A stretch of DNA of 49,207 bases, from the NCBI RefSeq assembly GCF_001194135.2, contig NC_068991.1:7544748-7593954 (forward strand). The letters run 5' to 3'. The stretch comes from Octopus bimaculoides (Eukaryota). The notes beneath the pieces were generated by a model. That model saw only the letters and a program-made list of their open reading frames with translations, did not search any database and was not told the origin of the DNA. Shown piece after piece: positions 21,201 through 32,700 of this stretch. Both the position numbers and the translations under genes were made by a program. Each line of letters opens with the position of its first letter. Position 1 is the first letter of the stretch.

Positions 21201-24200
21201 GATTCAGCACAGGTAACTGATTTACTAGGTATATATTGATTATCTGAACTGGAACTTCATGGGGGCGCCTGATTCAGCACAGGTAACTGATTTAGTAGGC
21301 TATATATTGATTATCTGAACTGGAACTTGATGGGGGCGCAGGATTCAGCACAGGTAACTGATTTAGTAGCTTATATATTGATTATCTGAACTGGACTTGA
21401 TGAAGGCGCCGGATTCAGCGCAGGTAACCGATTTAGTAGCTTATATATTGATTATCTGAACTGGAACTTGATAGGGGCACCGGATTCAACACAGGTAACC
21501 GATTTCGTAGCTAATATATTGATTATCTGAACTGGAACTTGATGGCAACGCCGGATTCAGCAGAGGTAACCGATTTAGTAGCTAATATATTGATTATCTG
21601 AACTGGAACTTGATGGGGGCGCCGGATTCAGCACAGANNNNNNNNNNNNNNNNNNNNNNNNNNNNNNNNNNNNNNNNNNNNNNNNNNNNNNNNNNNNNNN
21701 NNNNNNNNNNNNNNNNNNNNNNNNNNNNNNNNNNNNNNNNNNNNNNNNNNNNNNNNNNNNNNNNNNNNNNNNNNNNNNNNNNNNNNNNNNNNNNNNNNNN
21801 NNNNNNNNNNNNNNNNNNNNNNNNNNNNNNNNNNNNNNNNNNNNNNNNNNNNNNNNNNNNNNNNNNNNNNNNNNNNNNNNNNNNNNNNNNNNNNNNNNNN
21901 NNNNNNNNNNNNNNNNNNNNNNNNNNNNNNNNNNNNNNNNNNNNNNNNNNNNNNNNNNNNNNNNNNNNNNNNNNNNNNNNNNNNNNNNNNNNNNNNNNNN
22001 NNNNNNNNNNNNCGTAGCTAATATATTGATTATCTGAACTGGAACTTGATGGCAACGCCGGATTCAGCAGAGGTAACCGATTTAGTAGCTAATATATTGA
22101 TTATCTGAACTGGAACTTGATGGGGGCGCCGGATTCAGCACAGATAACCGATTTAGTAACTGATATATTGATTATCTCAACATTTTCTGGATGGGGGCGC
22201 CAAATTCAGCACAGGTAACCGATTTAGTAGCTAATATATCGATCATCTGAAATTCTGCTCGATGGGGGCGCCAGATTCAGCACAGGTAACCGATTTAGTA
22301 GCTAATATATCGATTATCTTAAATTCTGCTCGATGGGGGTGCCGGATTCATCACAGGTAACCGATTTAGTAGCTAATATATCGATTAACTGAAATTCTGC
22401 TATATTGGGGGCCCCGGATTCAGCACAGGTAACCGATTTAGTAGCTAATATATTGATTATCCGAACTGGAACTTGATGGGGGCGACGGATTCAGCACAGG
22501 TAACCGATTTAGTAGCTAATATATTGATTATCTGAACTGGAAATTGATAGGGGCGCCGGATTCAGCACAGGTAACCGATTTAGTAGCTAATATATTGATT
22601 ATCTGAACTGGAACTTGATGGCAACGCCAGATTCAGCACAGATAACCGATTTAGTAACTAATATATTGATTATCTGAACATTTTCTCGATGGGGGCGCCG
22701 GATTCAGCACAGGTAACCGATTTAGTCGCTAATATATTGATTATCTGAACTTTTTATGGATGGGGGCGCCAAATTCAGCACAGGTAACCGATTTAGTAGC
22801 TAATATATCGATCATCTGAAATTCTGCTCGATGGGGCGCCGGATTCAGCACAGGTAACCGATTTAGTAGCTAATATATCGATTATCTGAAATTCTGCTCT
22901 NNNNNNNNNNNNNNNNNNNNNNNNNNNNNNNNNNNNNNNNNNNNNNNNNNNNNNNNNNNNNNNNNNNNNNNNNNNNNNNNNNNNNNNNNNNNNNNNNNNN
23001 NNNNNNNNNNNNNNNNNNNNNNNNNNNNNNNNNNNNNNNNNNNNNNNNNNNNNNNNNNNNNNNNNNNNNNNNNNNNNNNNNNNNNNNNNNNNNNNNNNNN
23101 NNNNNNNNNNNNNNNNNNNNNNNNNNNNNNNNNNNNNNNNNNNNNNNNNNNNNNNNNNNNNNNNNNNNNNNNNNNNNNNNNNNNNNNNNNNNNNNNNNNN
23201 NNNNNNNNNNNNNNNNNNNNNNNNNNNNNNNNNNNNNNNNNNNNNNNNNNNNNNNNNNNNNNNNNNNNNNNNNNNNNNNNNNNNNNNNNNNNNNNNNNNN
23301 NNNNNNNNNNNNNNNNNNNNNNNNNNNNNNNNNNNNNNNNNNNNNNNNNNNNNNNNNNNNNNNNNNNNNNNNNNNNNNNNNNNNNNNNNNNNNNNNNNNN
23401 NNNNNNNNNNNNNNNNNNNNNNNNNNNNNNNNNNNNNNNNNNNNNNNNNNNNNNNNNNNNNNNNNNNNNNNNNNNNNNNNNNNNNNNNNNNNNNNNNNNN
23501 NNNNNNNNNNNNNNNNNNNNNNNNNNNNNNNNNNNNNNNNNNNNNNNNNNNNNNNNNNNNNNNNNNNNNNNNNNNNNNNNNNNNNNNNNNNNNNNNNNNN
23601 NNNNNNNNNNNNNNNNNNNNNNNNNNNNNNNNNNNNNNNNNNNNNNNNNNNNNNNNNNNNNNNNNNNNNNNNNNNNNNNNNNNNNNNNNNNNNNNNNNNN
23701 NNNNNNNNNNNNNNNNNNNNNNNNNNNNNNNNNNNNNNNNNNNNNNNNNNNNNNNNNNNNNNNNNNNNNNNNNNNNNNNNNNNNNNNNNNNNNNNNNNNN
23801 NNNNNNNNNNNNNNNNNNNNNNNNNNNNATGGATGGGGGCGCCAAATTCAGCACAGGTAACCGATTTAGTAGCTAATATATCGATCATCTGAAATTCTGC
23901 TCGATGGGGCGCCGGATTCAGCACAGGTAACCGATTTAGTAGCTAATATATCGATTATCTGAAATTCTGCTCGATGGGGGCAATGGATTCAGCACAGGTA
24001 ACCGATTTAGTAGCTAATATATCGATTATCTGAAATTCTGCTCTATGGGGCCAATGGATTCAGCACAGGTAACCGATTTAGTAGCTAATATATCGATTAT
24101 CTGAAATTCTGCTCAATGGGGCCAATGGATTCAGCACAGGTAACCGATTTAGTAGCTAATATATTGATTATCTGAACTGGAACTTGATGGCAACGCCGGA

Positions 24201-24990
24201 TTCAGCAGAGGTAACCGATTTAGTAGCTAATATATTGATTATCTCAACTGGAACTTGATGGGGGCGCCGGATTCAGCACAGGTAACCGATTTATTAGCTA
24301 ATATATCGATTATCTGAAATTCTGCTCGATGGGGCCAATGGATTCAGCACAGTTAACCGATTTAGTAGCTTATATATTGATTATCTGAACTGAAAGTTGA
24401 TGGGGGCACTGGATTCAACACAGGTAACCGATTTAGTAGCTAATATATTGATTATCTGAACTGGAACCTGATGGGGGCGCCGGATTCAGCACAGGTAACC
24501 GATTTAGTAGCTAATATATCGATTATCTGAAATTCTGCTCGATGGGGGCCCCGGATTCAGCACAGGTAACCGATTTAGTAGCTAATATATCGATTATCTG
24601 AAATTCTGCTCGATGGGGGCGCCGGATTCAGCACAGGTAACCGATTTAGTAGCTAATATATCGATTATTTGAAATTCTGCTCGCTGGGAGCGCCGGATTC
24701 AGCACAGGTAACCGATTTAGTAGCTAATATATCGATTATCTGAAATTCTGCTCGATGGGGGCGCCGGATTCAGCACAGGTAACCGATTTAGTAGCTAATA
24801 TNNNNNNNNNNTCAGCACAGGTAACCGATTTAGTAGCTAATATATCGATTATCTGAAATTCTGCTCGATGGGGGCGCCGGATTCAGCACAGGTAACCGAT
24901 TTAGTAGCTAATATATCGATTATCTGAAGTTCTGCTCGACGGGGGCGCCGGATTCAGCACAGGTAAGCGATTTAGTATCTAATATATTCA
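21201..24990. repeat. Tandem array (satellite/minisatellite) of a ~70-71-bp unit; about 35 units sequenced, interrupted by 3 gaps
   Basis: Unit GGATTCAGCACAGGTAACCGATTTAGTAGCTAATATATCGATTATCTGAAATTCTGCTCGATGGGGGCGCC and variants; period 70-71 nt. Confidence 0.97.
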
Positions 24991-24992
24991 TT

Positions 24993-25275
24993 CAGTTCTA
25001 TATTTAAGAGATGAGGAATTATTTACATTATTTACATTTGACGGATATTTGTCCTCATCTTGTTTGTTGTTAACACAACGTTTCGGCTGATATACCCTCC
25101 AGCCTTCGTCAGGTGTCTCTGGGAAATTTTGAACCTGGGTTCTCATTCCTAACGATGTTACTATTATATTATTATTATTATTATTATTATTAATCAGGTC
25201 GCTGCCGTGAATCGAACTCGGAATCTTGGTGTTAGTAGCCCGCGCTCTTAACCACTACGCCATATGCCCGTGGGC
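24993..25275 (-). mobile_element. Non-autonomous composite element: tRNA-like Pol III head + (TAA)n + Penelope-like terminal repeat containing a hammerhead motif
   Basis: A box TGGCGTAGTGG (25252-25262), B box GAGTTCGATTC (25209-25219), (TAA)n, then the hammerhead core. The 3' part recurs at 47560-47636. Confidence 0.7.
25072..25117 (-). ncRNA. Minimal type I hammerhead ribozyme motif (Penelope-like element type)
   Basis: 5'-GACAC-CUGACGA-A-GGCUG-gaggguauau-CAGCC-GAAA-C-G-U-U-GUGUU-3': stem I GACAC/GUGUU, stem II GGCUG/CAGCC, catalytic core CUGANGA..GAAA, helix III reduced to the palindrome ACGU. Confidence 0.7.
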
Positions 25276-25909
25276 AATTATGGAGTGAATTTTAGGGCTT
25301 ATAAATCTATTATTTTTCTATCCTTCCTCAATACCGGTTCATGGTTCTGGGTTCAGTCCCATTGCGTGGCACCTTGGGCAAGTGTCTTCCACTATAGCCT
25401 GAGGCTGACCAAAACGTTGTGATATATATATATATATCGTCATATATATATATATATATATATTTGTATGTATGTATATGTCTGTGTGTTTGTCACCCTT
25501 CCATCACTTGACAACTGATGCTGGTGAGCACTTGACAACTGATGAGCGCTTAATACAGTAGCTCAAATTTTTCCTAAACTTAATAGAATCAAACTAACAC
25601 CAAAGAGGCTGGTGTTGATCTGTGTTAGCAATACTTGCATTATTTAGTAAAATCAACAAAGAGTTCAGTGAACTTGCTGAGAGCAGAGGAAGATTTTACG
25701 TTTCAGATAAAGTCTTTTTTCAAGGAAAAGTTAACTGGAAAGAAATTAATGAAAGACAACATGGTTTTACATACTCTAGTTAAAAAAACTAGCTTAATAT
25801 CTTTCTTTCATTGTTGTTTAAAAATATATATCCAATATTTTGTAAAATACTTCAAAAAATAGAAGCGTAAGTTTAGTGGAGAATCAAAAGAGATTTCAGC
25901 AGTTGATAT

Positions 25910-26062
25910 TTAATTCATCTGTTGTCTTTTAATGATTGTTTCAACGATGTCTGGATCTATCAGAGTTGATGTGTCACCAAAATCTTGCTCTTTGTGAGCG
26001 ATTTTTCGCAGGATTCTTCTCATGATTTTACCAGATCTAGTTCGAGGTAAACCAGGCACGAG
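25910..26062 (-). CDS. ACSS1: ACSS1 exon 14 (last coding exon, 153 nt including stop)
   Basis: [38 protein letters not shown]; retains the catalytic, acetylation-regulated Lys of the SGK motif. Confidence 0.93.
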   Translation of the reverse strand, partial: LVPGLPRTRSGKIMRRILRKIAHKEQDFGDTSTLIDPDIVETIIKRQQMN

Positions 26063-26660
26063 CTAAAACAAATATAAATATAAAATAAGATTTAGATTTA
26101 TGAAAGGAACAAAATTGTATACAATAACATTTTTTTCATTCTTAAAGACATGGGATGTATGGTTTAAAAGCTTACTTCACAAACATATGGTTTTCAGTTC
26201 AGTCCTACTGGATGGCACTTTCGGTAAGTGTCTACTATTGGCCCAAACTGACAAATGCCTTGTGAGTGAATTTGGTAAAAGGAAAGTGTATGGAAGCTTG
26301 CCATGTGTTTGGATGTGTGTGTGTGTGTGTATTTATCCCTTACCTACTAATTGACAACCAGTATTGGTTTGTTTACATCCCTATAACTTAGCAGTCTGGC
26401 AAAAGAGACCAACAAGCTAAGTACTAGACTTTTTAAAAAAAGTCCTGGGGGTCGATTCGCTTGACTAAAAGCCCTTCAAAGTGAGGCCCCAGCATAGCCG
26501 CAGTCCAACAACTGAAATAAGTTTAAAATAAATGATAAACATGCATGCGCACACACACACACGTAGCTACTCACAAGCACTCAAATGCATATGCATACAC
26601 ACATGCACATGTGCGCGCATACACACACAGATACTCACAAACATGCATGTGCATGCACAT

Positions 26661-26702
<42 letters not shown>

Positions 26703-29685
26703 ACACACACACACACACACAGAGTAATTTACCTGAATAATATCTGGTTGGGCAAAACTTGTTATTTGTTTTTTTACTATTAGCTTTAGTTCATCTTGAA
26801 TTTCTTCAGCATTTTCAGTTATGTCATCTTTGAGAACTACAAATGCATGGATGCCTGGAATTTAAGATTACAAAAAAAGAAACAAAATAATTATTGTAAA
26901 ACTCGAAAGAATATTTTGAAAAACATGCATATTTATGAAAAAGCATGACTTTATTGCTATAATTAAATCAAATATACACCTTTTTTCTTTTTGTTTTCAT
27001 TTGTTTTTACATCCATTTTTCCATTGTAGCATGGGTTAGATGAATATATGATTGAGGAGCTGTTTTACAACTGGATGTTATTCCTGTCACTAATAATCCT
27101 TCTCTGTGTTTCTGGATTTTTTTATTTCAACATGTCTTTAAGGGCATGAGGTGAGCAGATAGTTTGTTGATAACAAACAACAACAATAATGCTGCTCATA
27201 GCAACTTTCACAGAGTACAGATGTAAACAAACACACACACACACTCACAGATGATGACCTTTTGGTTTCATCTTTTGGTCTCCTACCTGGCCAGCTCCTG
27301 TCGAAGAACTATCCAACCCATGCCAGCAGGGAAGGCGGACATTAAACAATGATGATGATGATATATGAGTCTAGGACAATAGCCCCCCCCCCCACAAGGA
27401 CAATTACCCCTGAGGACAACAGATGATGATTTAAATCTTCTTAATATATTAGAGAGGGGGTAATTGTCCTAGGGGTAGTTGTCTTCGGAAGGAATTGTCC
27501 TATGGTGGGGTAATTGTCCTGATACGATATATATATATATCTGCCAGCCCCGGTCAAACCATCCAGCCTGTGCCAGCATGGACAACAGACGTCAAATGAT
27601 GGTGATGATGCCTATGCGTGTGTATCTTTGTGTTTGTCTCCTTCACCACTTGACAACTGATGCTGGTTTGTTTACATCTATGTAACTTAGCAGTTCAGCA
27701 AGAGAGACTGATAGAACAAGTACCGAACTTAAAAGAAAAGAAATAATAAATGTAAGTGCTAGGGTTGATGTTTTTTTTTTCAACTAAAACCCTTCAAGGT
27801 GGTGCCCCAGCATGGTCACAGTTCAATGACTGAAACAAGTAAAAAATAAAACTACAACAATATCAACTTATGAATAATATCACATACCTTCTCCCTTGAT
27901 ATCATGTGGGAAACTAACCACTGCAGATTCTGCTACAGCACAGTGGTTGGCCTTCAAAGAAAAAAGAAATTCTATAAAGATGGTTAATAATTTTTTTAGA
28001 AAATTGAAATTTGATATTTCATCTCACTTTTGTGGTAAAACTGGCACTCAGTCAGTAAAAACAAGCATTCCAGTTGATCAGATCAATGGAACAGCCTACT
28101 TGGGGAAATAATGTGTAAGTGACTGAGTGCTCCACAGATATAGTTCTCAGGGATATTCAGTGTGACACACACAAAATGACAATAAATCAAGTGGAGTAGG
28201 CACTCAAGCCTGTTTTGCCAGTACCAGCCTTTATGAGCAAGGTTGCTAAGACCAAGTAACTTGCAAGACAGAAATACATATATTGAACGAAATAGTAATA
28301 GACCAAGAAATCTCACTATGGCATCCTCGATCTCAGCTGTACCAAGCCGGTGGCCACTGACATTGATGACATCATCGACTCTCCCGGTAATACGATAAAA
28401 GCCGTGTTCATATCGTATAGCATTGTCTCCAGAGAAATATAAACCTACAGATGAAAAAAAAATATAACATATATAAAGTAATAAATAACAATAAAATTTT
28501 TTTAAATGCTTGAAAATATATTCTTTGAAAAGACATTTAAAAAAAATCTTTTTTATAGGCGTAGGAGTGGCTGTGTGGTAAGTAGCTTGCTTACAAACCA
28601 CATGGTTCCGGGTTCAGTCCCACTGCGTGACATCTTGGGCAAGTGTCTTCTACTATAGCCTCGGGCCAGCCAAAGCCTTGTGAGTGGATTTGGTAGATGG
28701 AAACTGAAAGAAGCTCATCGTATATATTTATATATATATATGTTTGTGCGTGTATATATGTTTATGTGTCTGTGTTTGTCCGCCAACATCACTTGATAAC
28801 CGATGCTGGTGTGTTTATGTCCCTGTAACTTAGCGGTCCAGCAAAAAGAGACCGATAGAATAAGTACTAGGCTTACAAACAATAAGTCCTGGGATCGATT
28901 TGCTTGACTAAAGGCGGTGCTCCAGCATGGCCACAGTCAAAAATGACTGAAACAAGTAAAAGAGTAAAAGAGTAAAGTGTTATTAGTTTTAGATTTTCAC
29001 AAATGATTGCTCCCCTTCAATAAAATGTCTTCTATGGTATTTCATTCTTGAATTTGTTTTGCAAGAATCTCAGCATGAAATCATGTGCTGAAACTGATAT
29101 CGTTGTACTTTGGGAGGATCATTTGGTGAATAAACACACCTGTTGGTTATAGTCCATGTCAGTTTTATTTTCTTTCTTGAATTTTATTATATTTTCTTAT
29201 GACCACTTATGTATTTGGTGTGGTGTTTGGGCTGTGACGAGCTATGTGTTGTGGTGGAGAGGGGTGAGGCAAACAGAGGTGAAGCCAGACCGGAAGGGCC
29301 AAACCGGAAGGGTCAGATCGGAAGTCGGCGACACGCGGTCGAAGGCTAGCACGTGGGGCCAGTGAGAAAACAGCGACGTTACGAGAAAGACGTGTTCTGA
29401 TTAGGAGCGATCGTGTACCCCGCTGCGGTCGGCAAGGTAAGGTCCAACGCTTCATTCTGTCCTTTTGCTTCTTGTTGTCTTCTTCCTCCATCGCACCACA
29501 TTTGGAAATCATTGAAAAGGTCATAGAAAAATGCTATAATATCTACAATGTGTGTGTGTGTCTGGGTTCAATTTTATCATTAACTAATCAGTTAATTAAT
29601 TAGTTAATTATTGATTAGTTTGATGTAAATTTTGTCACTTTACTGTAGCTTTTATAGACACTCACACTCACACACACATATACAT

Positions 29686-29728
<43 letters not shown>

Positions 29729-32700
29729 CATACATACATACATATATATATATATACATATAGACATACATACATACATACATACATACATACATACATA
29801 CATACATACATACATANNNNNNNNNNNNNNNNNNNNNNNNNNNNNNNNNNNATATATGGCTGGTTTCTTTCAGTTTCCGTTTACCAAATCCACTTACAGG
29901 GCTTTTGGTTGGCCTAAGACTATAGTAAAAAACACTTGCCTAAGGTGCCATACACAGAGACAAACCTGAACCGTGTGGTTAGGAGGCAAATTTCTACTAT
30001 ATAGCCATATTTTCATTGGATTTTAATGAATATTTATAAATATTACAAAAGTTAAATTACCTAAGTCAGACTTAAAATATGTATCTATGAAATGAGTTTT
30101 CCCTCCATATATTGTTCTGCACATGCCTGGCCATGGTTGTTTAATACACAGCAGCCCTTCTTTATTGTCCCCTTTTATTTCATTATTCTGAAATTTAAAG
30201 CAAAATTTTTTAAAAAAACCTTTCAATACTTTTAAGAAGAGAAACCAGTATAGAATACTGTTTTCCATTTTATTATTCTTAAAACATCCTTAAGACCAGA
30301 AGGTTCAGTTCTTGCTGCAGTGAGGTGGTTTGTGGGTCTCACTGACCCTGAGAGTTATGCCAGCAGACTGCAAGCTCCTGGTAGAGCCCCTCATGATGGA
30401 TGAAATGCTGAAAAGCAGTTCGTTCAGGATACTAATGATTTTGCTAGCTCGTTGCCTTTACTATGTTGTTTATACCAGTAAATTATATTCATCCATCATG
30501 ATTGATGAAAATCATGGCTTCGGTTACATGGCCATTCAATGGGAAATGTAGCCATAGAGAGATTGAAGAATCATGAGTGCACACACATATGCTATGTCTT
30601 TCATTTGCCCCTTGCAAACGAGGAAACCATGGGGCTGGCAGTATTTATACATTGGATGTAATTCAGCCAACCGTACACTCTCGCTACAATAAATTGAACT
30701 TTTGCTAAAGTAAGAAACCAGTGTTATTAAATGATATATAATGTAAGGTCAGAAGATTTGGAAGAATTAGCAACATGGCGAATGAAGTATAACAAGACTT
30801 CATATATTCTTTTGGGTCTTTAACATGGATTCATTTCTTAGTTGAGTTGTTTTTCCCTTGTCATGCTTTGTTTTGTGATTTCTAATTGTGATTAATAAAT
30901 GGAAGATGGATAGCCTCATTACTTAATACAAGTTATACTTGATGCCCTGTGTAAAGATGACATCTTCAGTGATAACCCAATGACCCAAAAACAGTCAGTA
31001 GATTTTTACTGATGCTGGGCATTTGAGGAAAATCAAATTTTGAAATTAGTGCTAATTATACACAAGAAATTTGATTGGTGGCTATTGGTGTTGCCACCTA
31101 CAGTTCTTTTCAGAATAAGAGAGTTTAATAAGAAATAAAAGGGAAAGTGAAGTTTCTCTTTAAAGGGAGAGAACCACTCAGGGTTAATAATTTTTTTGGT
31201 TTGCTTTATCATTATCATGGGAGGCCTTTCCTTATGAGTGAGAGAACATTATATCATTGCTAAAATATGTTATGACATAACTCTTTTTTCTATACAATTT
31301 ACTCTTGATGCCTTAGATAAAGACAATGTTTTCAGTGATGACCCAATGACCCAATAAGGGTCAATAAAATTATACTTTTTTATTAATACCAGATATTTGA
31401 TAAAAAACAAATTTCAAAGTTAGTGATGGTTATATTATTGCTGAGAAGTGTTGCAACATACCTCTTTATCTATCAAACATGGTTCAACACCATAGAATGG
31501 TCTCATTGGCATAGCTGGAAATATTTCAGCTTTGGAATTGGATGGTCTTGGGGAAATGAGAATACCACCTGTTTCTGAAATAGTGTATATATTTTGCTGT
31601 TAATTTTACTATTAAATAAAAATTATAGACGNNNNNNNNNNNNNNNNNNNNNNNNNNNNNNNNNNNNNNNNNNNNNNNNNNNNNNNNNNNNNNNNNNNNN
31701 NNNNNNNNNNNNNNNNNNNNNNNNNNNNNNNNNNNNNNNNNNNNNNNNNNNNNNNNNNNNNNNNNNNNNNNNNNNNNNNNNNNNNNNNNNNNNNNNNNNN
31801 NNNNNNNNNNNNNNNNNNNNNNNNNNNNNNNNNNNNCATCGTCACCATCACTGCCACTATCGCTGTCATCATCATTGTCATTAATATCATCATGTACTGA
31901 GTAGCAATGTTTTCTTTTTTGATTTTATTATTTTAAAACAGAGGCTACACAAAACAATATACATACATTTTCTTTTTCTCTTGAGCCCAAGGACTGATAA
32001 GTCTAGTTCCTGGCTTTAAGAATATCATGAAAGGCCTTGTTGGAGGCCCAACCCTCTCAGTTCTTTTACAGGGCTTAGAAAAACTGAAGGACCACTGAAA
32101 TAAGTGTGTGAATCTGAGAAGGGAATATGTTGAATAAAATCATAATTAACTGATCCTCTTGTATTTTCTTTTACTCAAAGCCAGGAACTTGTCAGCATTT
32201 ATTGACCATCACAATCTGTAGGATGTTTTTGCATCATATTCTATATGTAATAATTAAATTATATACAACGTGTACTTTATTGTATTTTGTTATGTGTGTG
32301 ATACTCCAGTCCATGGAAAAATTGCCAGACATCAAACCAGTCTACTGTGCAAAAAAAGGTTGGGAACTGCTGCTATGTTTGAGGAATTGGTAACTTGCTA
32401 ATCTCACCTGTTTGCCACCAAGTATCGACAATGTCACACCGTTTCTCTCCAACGTTTTTGTAATACCATTCCCAGGCTTCATGATTAAGAGGTTCTCCAA
32501 CTAAAACAAAGATTTATATTCCAAGAATGAAAAGCAAAGAAAAATTGAAGACAGTCTATAGATATATGCATGCAAAAAAATTAATCAAAATAAACAGAAA
32601 CAATTTAATTAACAGTATTCATCCTCATCACCATCACCATCCTTGTCCTCATCATCATTTAACATTCACTCTTCCATGCTTGCATGGATCAGACAGAATT

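Noticed and set aside
20034-23924. Long ORFs made mostly of X (also at 2012-2510, 37721-38176, 43656-45717)
   Set aside because: They are artefacts of N gaps.
22760-23970. Near-identical blocks on both sides of a gap, suggesting a higher-order repeat
   Set aside because: They may be overlapping contig ends duplicated by the assembler, so this is not treated as independent evidence.
21201-24990. CRISPR-like appearance (conserved hairpin repeat alternating with a variable segment)
   Set aside because: The variable segments are only ~12-13 nt and recur as a few alleles rather than unique spacers. The context is eukaryotic and there are no cas genes.
25195-25270. Functional tRNA gene
   Set aside because: The A and B boxes are present but the acceptor and anticodon stems do not pair properly, so it is treated as an element head.
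28317-30187. Unusual ACSS1 residues (GDNA instead of the usual GDGA, YGGKTHF instead of YGDHxRF, and PRTRSGK in exon 14) as a sign of changed specificity or a pseudogene
   Set aside because: All frames and splice sites are intact, and the key motifs (P-loop, GEP, DTWWQTE, GD, SGHR, SGK Lys) are retained. Ordinary divergence is the simpler explanation.
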